From: Mobula hypostoma
Lineage: Eukaryota
Direction: 5' to 3'
Length of the DNA: 64,000 nt
NCBI RefSeq assembly: GCF_963921235.1
Contig: NC_086097.1
Coordinates: 234,238,001 to 234,302,000, forward strand
Shown: piece by piece, positions 25,817 through 36,569 of the stretch
Layout: the number at the start of each line of letters is the position of its first letter
How positions within the stretch are numbered: the first letter of the stretch is position 1
Notes under the pieces: model-generated
Databases searched by the model: none
The model's input: only the letters and a program-made list of their open reading frames with translations
What the model was told of the DNA's origin: nothing
Made by a program: the position numbers and the translations under genes

Positions 25817-26500
25817 TGTCGGATGGACACAACGACATCAGACCCAGGCAAACAAACGACGATGAGGAAGCAGTGTGCATGTGGCAAAATCTGCAAGAAC
25901 GATCGCGGCTTGAAGATCCACCAAGCGAGGACGAAGTGTTTGGCGGGAGCAGGAGCAGCACAACGCGCAGGTGTCCAACCTGGTGAGACGAAGGAGGGAC
26001 CAGGCCCGGAGTCACCCCATAGTGCCCGGAAACTCCAAGTGTTGCAAACTATTCCCTCTAACATGAAGTCTAACAGGAGGCAGATCAAATGGCCTGCAGC
26101 TAACATGACTTCACTGTGGAAGCAGTTTGATGAAGATGTTAACCAAATTCTGGAGGCAACGGCGAATGGAGGGGTTGATAGGAAGCTGCAAGCCATGACA
26201 ACAATTATTGTCCCATTCTCTAGTTAGAGCCTTCAGCATTTTGGGCATCGAGGGAGAGAGGAAGAGGAGAGCCATCCGCAGTACCACCAATGCAGCAAAG
26301 AGGGCCTCAAGTTGGCTGTGGCTCAAAAGAGGGGAGCCATGGAGTCATAAGTAGCTAGCCATCTGTACACAAGCTGGGGTCTGATCAGCCCCGGCTGGGT
26401 CACCTGGAGGAGGTTGTATGATGTTGAAAGACCCGAAACACCCGATGATTCCAGGAACATCACTGAAGATGTGTCCAGAAGCATCAATAGATGTATGTAC
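25817..26500 (+). mobile_element. HERO-like (restriction-like-endonuclease clade) non-LTR element, internally deleted
   Basis: N-terminal zinc finger CACGKICKNDRGLKIHQARTKC and RQIKWP...QFDEDVNQILE...DRKLQAMTTIIV joined at ~26212 to C-terminal ...AAKRASSWLWLKRGEPWSHK* (stop 26352-26354), then 3' UTR; RT and endonuclease absent. Confidence 0.8.
26403..26475 (+). ncRNA. Predicted permuted (pseudoknotted) hammerhead ribozyme with kink-turn
   Basis: GUA triplet 26416-18; stem I TGATGTT/AACATCA; CTGAAGA 26463-69; GAAA 26435-38; stem III GGTTGT/ACACCC; stem II GTGTC/GACCC; k-turn GA / GAT-GA with CCTGGAG/TTCCAGG. Confidence 0.62.
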
Positions 26501-27472
26501 ACAGTTTTGTTTAGTATTGTGCATTAATAAAGTATTTCATTGTATCAAGTTACTGAGATATATCTATCCCTTTGAACATAGCTCGAGCTGTTATATTTAA
26601 TACCAGTAACATCCTTTGTAAAGTTAATTGTTCATTTACTCATCACATAAAAATGACTCCTATTGAAAGTATTATAATAATTTTAGCCTCAGATATAATG
26701 TGAATAAAGAAAGATATATTAAACACAGCGGTCAAGCTTGTTTAATGCAAAGTCATTTATTTTTATTATACAATCAATATAAATTATATCAATATATTGA
26801 TATAAGTATATATCAATATCAATATAATACAATCAAAGTTCTCAATATCTTCTTGTAGATGTTTTTCTTTTTTAATCAGACATACTATTTTTATTTTCTT
26901 TATAGTAACTTTATATCTTTCTAGTAAACCAGAGTACTTTTTTATAATTGTATGTACAGCTAAACTTTCTTTTGTATGTTCAAAAATTGAAAAAATGTGA
27001 GATTATTAAAACAATAAAATGCAGCAGTAAGCACTTTATATCAGAATTATTGTTTAGGGGCTAGCATATGAGATCGATTTGCTTCAGTCTAATGGAATGA
27101 ATTGCTGAGAGCGTGCTCAGAGCCAAAACAATTGAACTGGTTGACCTTGTTCGAAGGACATTTTTGTGAAGATTTGATCCAAGCTGTCGAACAAAGTGAA
27201 AACTCACAAAATCAAATTGCTTTGAATACCATGGAAGCCTTACTTTTGCTATCCATTATTACCTAAGAAAGAAATTGGCATCAAAGTCTGATTGAGTTTT
27301 GCCAAAAGAGGCCAGAACCTACTTTTAAATAGAGTAGACACAACATTAATTAAAGCATCCACCTTTTCCTGTTTTGCTTATGAAAAGTTTTAATGAAGAT
27401 GCAGAAACATTGTTACATCAGTTCTTGGAATTGTCATGGAGTTCTTAAACAATGCTCTAATCATTGCTATAA

Positions 27473-27836
27473 GCTGGCAGGGTGGCGATACATCTCTACC
27501 AAAGGAGGTGTAACGTACTCCTTCCCTTTGGTAACCTGCAGGTCACCCTTGGGCAAGGTGTAGCAGGTGATTAGTCCCCTCATTAGGATCACGTGAACCC
27601 ATGGGAGCAGTGGTGGATGGTTGTGTGAGCAGCTGGTGCAGATCACAAGTCCTGATTATGCGACCACTGACACCAGACAGATAATCTCTGAAGAGTATTA
27701 ATAATGGCTGGTATCACCAGCCTTGTAAAGACACTCCCCAGAAGAAGGCAATGGCCAACCAAGATTTGCCAAATACAATCATGGTCAAGAGACCACGATT
27801 ACCTCCTTCTTACAGCACAGAATGACGATGATGATT
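27473..27836 (+). mobile_element. RTE-related short element, copy 2
   Basis: Aligns with 265-586 and 37570-37945; (GAT)n tail. Confidence 0.75.
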
Positions 27837-28094
27837 GTAACATGCTTGCAGCATTACCAATCTGCCGAGGTAAGATTTGTTTGCTAAATTATTGCTACTC
27901 AGAGGCTAAAATCTGATTTTTTTTTTGCAGAAAACAAGTAATTATTTCAATCTTTGGTTTCTTAATTATGGCTGCTGAATAGCAAAACAAATTCTTAAGT
28001 ATTGAATAAATGCAGTTCAATGCACAAGAAGAATACATAAAACAGTGAGAGAAACTGATGCAATTCATGTGAGAATGAGATGAATGAGTAAAGG

Positions 28095-28550
28095 AGATTC
28101 AGATTTATTTATCACCTGTCTATTGAGATATTCAATGAAATGCATCTTTGTTGTTAACAACCAACACACCCAAGAATGTGCTGGGGGCAGTCCACAAGTG
28201 TCACCACATGTTCCGGCAACAACGTAACATGCCTGCAATGTTCAACACAATGACAATGCAGAACACAAGAGCAGCAGCAACAACAGTAGAGCAATAACAA
28301 GACAACAACAGCAAAATAAATCCCTTTCTCCAACCCTCGCTCCTCCCACACAGTTAGTCCTGCAACCCCAGGACACACGACCTCAAGGCCTCCAGTTCTT
28401 GCCTTAGACTATCAAACGTGCCGACATCGGGCCTCTGAATTCCACTCTCTGGCCTGGAATCCCCGATTTCTTGACATGGGCCTTCAACCATCAGACTCTA
28501 GTCCATCATCGCCCTCTATCTCCGGACTCGCCGACTTTGGTTTTTTACCT
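28095..28550 (-). mobile_element. Old SINE/LINE-tail fragment
   Basis: gattcagatttatttatcac tail on plus; related to 54365-54425 and 54645-54730. Confidence 0.45.
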
Positions 28551-28689
28551 TTCAGGCCAAAAATGGCAACAAGCCAGTTGGTGTCTTCATAAACATAACT
28601 CTATAATAGAGAACAAAAAAATGGTAGGACATAGGGCAAAAAGTAAGGTAGAACAACATCTGTGTCTGAAAGAACAGAGGAGTTCCAAT

Positions 28690-28836
28690 CAAGAAAAAAT
28701 CTGCATACGCTGGAAATCCAAGCAACACACAGGAAATGCTGAAGGAACTCAGCAGGCCAGACAGTATCTATGGAAAAAAAGTAGTCGACATTTTAGGCCC
28801 TGCCGAAGGGTTTCGGCCCGAAACGTCGACTGTGGA
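28690..28836. mobile_element. Miniature inverted Penelope-like (Neptune) insertion with hammerhead motif
   Basis: Minus-strand pLTR end fused to plus-strand ctgccgaagggtttcggcccgaaacgtcgactg; 9-bp flanking duplication AGTTCCAAT (28681-28689/28837-28845). Confidence 0.78.
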
Positions 28837-28880
28837 AGTTCCAATGATGAGCTTATTAAAAGAAATGCTTTGGTGTTAAT

Positions 28881-29048
28881 TTTTTAAGGCATCCGTTAGT
28901 CTTGCGAGACCATGGATCTGTGCCTGGAAAGTTCAGGGCACAGGCCTGGGCAAGGTTGTATGGAAGACCAGCAGTTGCCCATGCTGCAAGTCTCCCCTCT
29001 CCACGACACCAATGTTGTCCAAGGAAAGGGTATTAGGACCCATACAGC
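28881..29048 (-). mobile_element. 5'-truncated tRNA-RTE SINE
   Basis: Reverse complement of the 3' half of 13441-13737; TSD TTGGTGTTAAT (28870-28880/29049-29059). Confidence 0.85.
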
Positions 29049-29109
29049 TTGGTGTTAATATGTATCAAGAAATGAGGGCACACAGTGGTGAAAACTGGGT
29101 CTGCCTTAT

Positions 29110-29167
29110 ACACTCAGTGGCCACTTTATTAGGTGCAGGAGGTACCAAATAATGTGGCCACTGATAT
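29110..29167. mobile_element. Tiny Tc1/mariner-derived hairpin (TIR-only MITE)
   Basis: ta-cactcagtggccactttattagg...aataatgtggccactga; same unit at 58503-58557. Confidence 0.65.
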
Positions 29168-29540
29168 AGTGTGCCTATTTTTCTTTTAAAGGCTGCAGAT
29201 ACTGAAAATCTGAAATGAAAGCAGAGATGCTAGAAACTGAGAGATCAGGCAGCTAATGTTTCATGTCAAAAATCTCTCTTTAATGGAAAAAAAGAAGATT
29301 GCCAAGGTATCAGATCATCTATAAAGTACTTTGTGGCCCATATTGCAATCAGTAATATCAAGAAAGATTCTTAGCCTCTGTGATTTCTGTTCACTGGAAG
29401 TCACCTTTATTTGGCAAAAGCGAGGCGCAGAGATACATTGACTGCCTCTGTGCTGGGAAAGGGAAGAATTCAGTCAGCGGTTTCAAAAACCACCAGAGCT
29501 GCACATTTCGGTGGGATTTGAATCTGCAACCCCTTATTTC

Positions 29541-30222
29541 TTTTCTTTCTTTCTTTTTAAATCTTTTTATTGAGTAAGTATACAAAAAAGGTAAGCCATA
29601 TAAACATTAATACAATGTTAAAGTATAATAAAATTCCAAAAGATAACAATACCAAAAAGAAAATACTACAAACAATGTAATTTAAGCATAAGAAACCAAG
29701 ATAACATAATAGTATACTAAATTTTATATATATCAATGGAAAAAAAAGAAAAAAAAAACCCCAAAAAAACCCCACCGTGCAGCTAACTAAAAGCAAGGCA
29801 AAGCAATGGGCTAACTTGAAACCAAACAGAGTTAAACTTAAAATCACGTCCTCAATCCCGACCTCCATTAAAAACAGTGAAAAAAAAACAAGAAGGGTAA
29901 ATATTACATTAAATGAAAATATCGAATAAAAGGTCCCCAAATCTGTTCAAATTTAAATGAAGAATCATAAAGGTTACTTCTAATTTTCTCCAAATTCAAA
30001 CATAAAATCGTCTGAGAAAACCAAAAAAAGGTAGTTGGAGCATTAAGCTCTTTCCAATGTTGTAAAATACATCTTTTCGCCATTAAAGTAAGAAATGCAA
30101 TCATTCTACGGGCTGAAGGGGAAAGATTACTAGAAATTTTAGGTAGTCCAAAGATAGCAGTAATAGGGTGAGGAGAGATATCTATATTTAATACCTTAGA
30201 AATAATATTGAAAATATCTCTC
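29541..30222 (-). mobile_element. 5'-truncated L1-clade LINE
   Basis: ORF2 C-terminus ...AFLTLMAKRCILQHWK...PT..FW...LNLEKIR...KFEQIWGPFI; AATAAA and A-rich tail; exact 17-bp TSD CTGCAACCCCTTATTTC (29524-29540/30223-30239). Confidence 0.92.
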
Positions 30223-30349
30223 CTGCAACCCCTTATTTCAAATACAAGTGTACTGTCTACTAAACCAAGATGATGTATGTACAAATTGAAAATATACTGT
30301 AGATGCTAAATCAAATATTCAAATTGTGTCTGGTTCCCTTGTTGCTATA

Positions 30350-30570
30350 GGTAGCTCAGTAGTGTAGCGATTAATGTTCTACAGTGCCAGCGACCCAGGT
30401 TCAGTTCCCAACACTGTCTGTAGGGAGTTTGTATGATCTCCATGTGACCCTGTAGATTTCCTCCAGGTGCTTCAGTTACCTCCCATATTCCAAAACCGCA
30501 CTGATTTATAGGTTAATTGGTCACGTGGCTGTAAATGGCCAGATGGGCTTGCTATCATGCAGTATACCTC
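30350..30570 (+). mobile_element. tRNA-derived V-SINE
   Basis: B-box ggttcagttccc; V-domain-like tttcctccaggtgcttcagttacctcccatattccaaa. Confidence 0.72.
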
Positions 30571-31211
30571 TTTAAATTTAAATAAAGTTATTTACAATCT
30601 TGTTACCATAGGTAAGCCGATTTACCTCAGCAGTATCATTTAAGGTTTATGCTGATAGGAATAAATATATTAATTAACAGGAACTGCACCACTTAAACTT
30701 CACTGTTCTGGCAAAAGTAATTGTCTTTCCATCCATGTGTTTTATTGTTTGCATGTGTACAATTATACTTTCAACTTGGCAGCTATGCATGACTATCCAG
30801 AATTAATTTCATTCCATCATTGAGAATTCAAGATGCTATTACTTCTGCTGTTTAATATTGTTAGGCAAGTAGCTCACTTAAATTAGCCTGGCTGCAGAGG
30901 AGTTTCACAATGAGTGGACAATTGGTTCCCCAGGCAGATGCAATTGCACTATTACTGAGTCAATTAGCATAAAACATCCCATCTCAATGCCTTATCTCAT
31001 TTACTGTTTAAGCTGTGGAAGAAGAGCAGATTAGGACCCTTCGTGTGGCGTAGTGTTTACATTGAATAATGCAGCATTCCTTGCAATGACGATCTCAATA
31101 GAATCAGACTCTTTGAGCTCTATTTTGAGAAATTGCAGCCACATATAAAGGTCCCACTCATAAAGTGGTACGTAGTGAATATTGCAACACTCCTTTAACA
31201 ACAAAAACAAA

Positions 31212-31517
31212 AACATAAGAAACATAAGAAATAGGAGCAGGAGTAGGCCATCTGACACGTAGAGCCCGTTCTGTCATTCAATAAGATCATGGCTGATCTG
31301 ACAATGGACTCATCTCCACCTACCTGCCTTTTCTCCATTACCTTTAATTCCCCTACTATGCAAAAATCTATCCAACCTTGTCTTAAATACATTTACTAAG
31401 GTAGCCTCCACTGCTTCATTGGGCAGAAAATTCCACAGATTCACCACTCTCCGAGAAAAACAGTTCCTCCTCATCTCCATTCTAAATCTACTCCCCCGAA
31501 TCTTGAGACTATGTCCA
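31212..31517 (-). mobile_element. CR1 3' end
   Basis: (CATAAGAA)n tail on plus; near-identical to 43005-43235 in reverse. Confidence 0.85.
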
Positions 31518-31553
31518 AAATATGCCTCTAATCACTGTGCTCTTTACATTAGT

Positions 31554-31862
31554 GTTGGCACATGGCCAAGTGGTTAAGGCGTCGGTCTAGTGATCTGAAG
31601 GTCACTAGTTCGAACCTCAGCTGAGGCAGCGTGTTGTGTCCTTGAGCAAGGCACTTAACCACACATTGTTCTGCGACGACACTGGTGACAAGCTGTATCA
31701 GCCCTAGTGTCCTTCCCTTGGACAACGTCGGTGGCGTGGAGAGGGGAGACTTGCAGTATGGGCAACTGCCAGTCTTCCATACAACCTTGCCCAGGCCTGC
31801 ACCCTGGAAACCTTCCAAGGCGCAAATCCATGGTCTCACGAGACTAATGGATGCCTATTCTA
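31554..31862 (+). mobile_element. Full-length tRNA-derived SINE with CORE-like segment and RTE tail
   Basis: A-box tggccaagtgg, B-box gttcgaacct, gtgtccttgagcaaggcacttaacc; 10-bp TSD TTACATTAGT (31544-31553/31863-31872). Confidence 0.9.
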
Positions 31863-32129
31863 TTACATTAGTTCAAAGATTTCCAAAGGTAGGCTGGCAA
31901 ATTTTTATTCTATATTTGGTCCTAACTAGTTGTGATGTTCCCACTTTGCAAGGTTAGTGCTGTACTATCATAGAAACCTCTTCGCTGGCCTTCCTGGGAT
32001 GTGCCTATTTATCTAGATTGGGGTATTTTCTACCATTGTGGTCTAGCATATGAGTATGACATATTTCCAGTTACTGTTGGTTTCTGCTAAGTCCGCCATT
32101 GTCACTAGCTTCCCCACTATTGAAGTTAT

Positions 32130-32452
32130 TAAAAAGCAATGTCTTAAGAAGGCAACATCCATCATGAAGTATAATCCCTCTTCTCATTACTACCGTCGGG
32201 GAGGAGGTGCAGGAGTCTGAAGATGCGCACTCAACATTTTGGGGACAGGTTCTTCCCCCCTGTAATTCAGTGTCCATGAACCCATGAACACTGCTTCACT
32301 ACTTGGCACCCTTTTTGCATTATTTATTCTTATTATGTATTCTTACAGTAACTTGTAGTAATTTCTATGTATTGCATGGTCCTGCGCCACAAAACAACAA
32401 ACTGGACAATGTTTGACTGTGATAATAAATATGATTCTGAATTTGATTTGGA
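32130..32452 (+). mobile_element. Old Rex1/Babar 3' fragment
   Basis: ctcttctcattactaccgtcggggaggagg; gataataaatatgattctga tail. Confidence 0.7.
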
Positions 32453-33028
32453 TTCCATTATAGAGTTACCATGTCCATTACACCATCGATGTGGATTCAT
32501 ATAAACTTTTTAAAATGTGTTTCTGCTCTTAGTAGTGGTAGGTCATTGGCACATCTATTAGGGTAGTACACTGTTTCCATTGGGCATCACGAAATATCCC
32601 CCTACATCTCTCTATCATCACCCTTTCCACTGGGGTTGAAATCCTATGCATAGCTCATAGGACTACAATCACCTTGGGTATTGTGAAATGCTATGATGCT
32701 TAAATATGGCTCTGACTGTTACGATTTAGTCTTCTTCAGCGGTTTCTTGGCTAACTTCACATTGTCTCTGCCATTCTGTTACTGTCTGAAAAGTAGAGTC
32801 ATAATGTATGCTCATTAAGCTGCCAGTCCTCAAGGAAGCAGTTGGAATAGTGCCTTCTCTGTACACTTATACATACAATGGACTAGTCATTAAATTATCT
32901 GGAGCTGTAAAAAATACACAGAATTTTCAGTAAAAAATAAAAATAAAAACACTTCCTTATTCTGGTGTCAAATATTCTTTTTGTGTTTACAGTAATCTAA
33001 TGCGACAATTTAATACTTGGATACCTCT

Positions 33029-33642
33029 TCAGAATCAGAATCAGGTTTATTATCACTGGTATGTGGCGTGAAATTTGTTAACTTAGCAGCAGCAATTCAA
33101 TACAATACATAATCTAGCAGAGAAAAAATAATAATAATGATAATAAATAAACAAGTAAATAAATTATGCATATAAAATAGATTACAAAAAAAATGCAAAA
33201 ACAGAAATACTGTGTATTTTAAAAGATGTGAGGTCGTGTCCAAATATTCAATGTCCATTTAGGAATCGGCTGACAGAGGGGAAGAAGCTGTTCCTGAATT
33301 GCTGAGTGTGTGCCTTCAGGCTTCTGTACCTCCCACCTGATGGTAGCAGTGAGAAAAGGGCATGCGCTCGGTGCTGGAGGTCCTTAATAATGGACGTTGT
33401 CTTTCTGAGACATCGGTCCCTAAAGAAGTCCTGGGTACTTTGTAGGCTAGTGCCCAAGATGGAGCTGACTAGATTTACAACCTTTGCAGCTTCTTTCAGT
33501 CCTGTGAAGTAGCCCCTCCATACCAGACAGTGATGCAGACTGTCAGAATGCTCTCCATGGTACAACTATAGAAGTTTTTGAGTGTATTGTTGACATGCCA
33601 AATTTCTTCAAACTCCTAATAAAGTATAGCTGCTGTCTTGTC
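33029..33642 (-). mobile_element. Rex1/Babar LINE 3' portion
   Basis: IIKDLQHRAHALFSLLPSGGRYRSLKAHTQQFRNSFFP; (CTGATT)n tail; same subfamily as 56772-57708. Confidence 0.88.
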
Positions 33643-33937
33643 TTTTAGCACTCCTCCTTCCCCCTTCATGCTGGTTCAATTAAATGAACTCATTTTCACA
33701 CTGAACAACATCGACTTCAACTTCATTTCACTTTCTCCAGATCATATCTGTAGCTTGGGTAAGACATTGGCCCAAGCTAGACATGTCTTTTTGTGAGGTA
33801 AGCACAATAATCCTTTCTACAGTGTTAGAATATTAAACATGGAACATAGAATATTACAGTAAAGGCCCTTCAGCCCATGATGTTTTACCAAACTTTTAGC
33901 CTACTTTAAGATCAATCGAACCCTTTCCTTCTACATA

Positions 33938-35802
33938 ACTGACTGTAAAAGCTTTTATAGATATGTAAAAAGGAAAAGATTGGTAAAGACAAATGTAGGT
34001 CCCCTACAGACAGAAACAGGTGAATTGATTATGGGGAGCAAGGACATGACAGACCAATTGAATAATTACTTTGGTTCTGTCTTCACTAAGGAGGACATAA
34101 ATAATCTTCCAGAAATAGTAAGGGACAGAGGGTCCAGTGAGATGGAGGAACTGAGCGAAATACTTGTTAGTAGGGAAGTGGTGTTAGGTAAATTGAAGGG
34201 ATTGAAGGCAGATAAATCCCCAGGGCCAGATGGTCTGCATCCTAGAGTGCTTAAGGAAGTAGCCCAAGAAATAGTGGATGCGTTAGTGATAATTTTTCAA
34301 AACTCGTTAGATTCTGGACTAGTTCCTGAGGATTGGAGGGTGGCTAATGTGACCCCACTTTTTAAAAAAGGAGGGAGAGAGAAACCGGGGAATTATAGAC
34401 CGGTTAGCCTAACGTCGGTGGTGGGGAAAATGCTGGAGTCAGTTATCAAAGATGTGATAACAGCACATTTGGAAAGCGGTGAAATCATCGGACAAAGTCA
34501 GCATGGATTTGTGAAAGGAAAATCATGTCTGACGAATCTCATAAAATTTTTTGAGGATGTAACCAGTAGAGTGGATAGGGGAGAACCAGTGGATGTGGTA
34601 TATTTGGATTTTCAAAAGGCTTTTGACAAGGTCCCACACAGGAGATTAGTGTGCAAACTTAAAGCACACGGTATTGGAGGTAAGGTATTGATGTGGATGG
34701 AGAATTGGTTAGCAGACAGGAAGCAAAGAGTGGGAATAAACGGGACCTTTTCAGAATGGCAGGCAGTGACTAGTGGGGTACCGCAAGGCTCAGTGCTGGG
34801 ACCCCAGTTGTTTACAATATATATTAATGACTTGGATGAGGGAATTAAATGCAGCATCTCCAAGTTTGCGGATGACACGAAGCTGGGTGGCAGTGTTAGC
34901 TGTGAGGAGGATGCTAAGAGGATGCAGGGTGACTTGGATAGGTTGGGTGAGTGGGCAAATTCATGGCAGATGCAATTTAATGTGGATAAATGTGAAGTTA
35001 TCCACTTTGGTGGCAAAAATAGGAAAACAGATTATTATCTGAATGGTGGCCGATTAGGAAAAGGGGAGGTGCAACGAGACCTGGGTGTCATTATACACCA
35101 GTCATTGAAAGTGGGCATGCAGGTACAGCAGGCGGTGAAAAAGGCGAATGGTATGCTGGTATTTATAGCGAGAGGATTCGAGTACAGGAGCAGGGAGGTA
35201 CTACTGCAGTTGTACAAGGCCTTGGTGAGACCACACCTGGAGTATTGTGTGCAGTTTTGGTCCCCTAATCTGAGGAAAGACATCCTTGCCATAGAGGGAG
35301 TACAAAGAAGGTTCACCAGATTGATTCCTGGGATGGCAGGACTTTCATATGAAGAAAGACTAGATGAACTGGGCTTGTACTCGTTGGAATTTAGAAGATT
35401 GAGGGGGGATCTGATTGAAACGTATAAAATCCTAAAGGGATTGGACAGGCTAGATGCAGGAAGATTGTTCCCGATGTTGGGGAAGTCCAGAACAAGGGGT
35501 CACAGTTTGAGGATAAAGGGGAAGCCTTTTAGGACTGAGATTACGAAAAACTTCTTCACACAGAGAGTGGTGAATCTGTGGAATTCTCTGCCACAGGAAA
35601 CTGTTGAGGCCGGTTCATTGGCTATATTTAAGAGGGAGTTAGATATGGCCCTTGTGGCTACGGGGATCAGGGGGTATGGAGGGAAGGCTGGGGCGGGGTT
35701 CTGAGTTGGATGATCAGCCATGATCATAATAAATGGCGGTGCAGGCTCGAAGGGCCGAATGGCCTACTCCTGCACCTATTTTCTATGTTTCTATGTTTCT
35801 AT
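33938..35802 (+). mobile_element. Young 5'-truncated CR1 LINE, nested in an older minus-strand CR1 3' end
   Basis: Near-identical to 48284-50154 and 60586-62113; (TTTCTATG)n tail. Confidence 0.95.
33980..35704 (+). CDS. CR1 ORF2 reverse transcriptase (N-truncated, frame open, no endonuclease)
   Basis: KSPGPDG, NYRPVSLTS, QHGF, YLDFQKAFDKV, GVPQGSVLGP, FADD. Confidence 0.9.
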   Translation: MVKTNVGPLQTETGELIMGSKDMTDQLNNYFGSVFTKEDINNLPEIVRDRGSSEMEELSEILVSREVVLGKLKGLKADKSPGPDGLHPRVLKEVAQEIVDALVIIFQNSLDSGLVPEDWRVANVTPLFKKGGREKPGNYRPVSLTSVVGKMLESVIKDVITAHLESGEIIGQSQHGFVKGKSCLTNLIKFFEDVTSRVDRGEPVDVVYLDFQKAFDKVPHRRLVCKLKAHGIGGKVLMWMENWLADRKQRVGINGTFSEWQAVTSGVPQGSVLGPQLFTIYINDLDEGIKCSISKFADDTKLGGSVSCEEDAKRMQGDLDRLGEWANSWQMQFNVDKCEVIHFGGKNRKTDYYLNGGRLGKGEVQRDLGVIIHQSLKVGMQVQQAVKKANGMLVFIARGFEYRSREVLLQLYKALVRPHLEYCVQFWSPNLRKDILAIEGVQRRFTRLIPGMAGLSYEERLDELGLYSLEFRRLRGDLIETYKILKGLDRLDAGRLFPMLGKSRTRGHSLRIKGKPFRTEITKNFFTQRVVNLWNSLPQETVEAGSLAIFKRELDMALVATGIRGYGGKAGAGF

Positions 35803-36569
35803 AATCCTCAATTTTCCTTTCATCTATCGGTTTACCTAAGAGTTTCTTAATTGTCTCTAATATACCTGCCTCTTCCACCACCCCGGCAGCGTGTTCTACA
35901 AAACAACCACTCACTGTGTAAAGAGCTTACCTCTGACAGATCGCTTTACTCTTCTCCAATCACTTAAAAATTATGCCCCCCACCCCCCATATTAGTCATT
36001 TCTTCCCTGGGTAAAAGTCTCTGGTTGTCCAAATGATCAATGCCCCTTATCGTCTTGTACACACCTCATCCTCCTTTGTCCCAAAGAGGAAAGCCCGCGC
36101 TAACTCAACCATTTCTCCTAGGACGTGTATTAACCAGATTGATTCCTCTACTGTTTTTCTGGTAGATTGATGCATGTATTGCTGTTGTTCCCTGCAATGG
36201 TACAGAAGCAGAAAATTCCCTCTCATTTGCTTCCAGTATGGTCCAGACCTCATGCTTCTCTACCTCCATTGCAGGTTAGCTACCAACATCCGTCACAAAT
36301 CTAGAATATCACTTCCTTTCCAAACCTGATGAAGAGTGTCAGCCCAAAATGGTGAGGAATCGGGTTTGCTCACTGTGACACTCTAAACTCAAATGAAGAC
36401 CTTTCTGCCCTCTCCAATGTAGATAGCTATGGGTACCCTCACTAAAATTTCAAAGATTCGAAGTACATTTATTATCAAAGTATGTATGCAGTGTACAACC
36501 CTGAGGTTTGCCTTCCCGCAGGGAGCCACAAAACAAAGAAACACCATGGAACCCATCTGGAAGATGTAT

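Larger units (their letters stand above)
24985..26640. repeat. Old diverged tandem duplication of a ~495-bp AT-rich unit; second unit interrupted by the HERO-like element
   Basis: Shared blocks such as aagccaaagtataatttt, atttttgtcaaaa, tattaaatgaaa..gaaccagc, gttttgttta.tatt..attaataaag and atccttt.taaa.ttaatt. Confidence 0.8.

Noticed and set aside
26770..26835. AT-rich palindrome ATATCAATATATTGATAT
   Set aside because: Low-complexity local slippage; no evidence of function.
36322..36355. Functional hammerhead (CTGATGA...CCCAAAATGG); likewise ~1380
   Set aside because: GAAA core mutated to AAAA and stems disrupted; decayed Penelope remnants.
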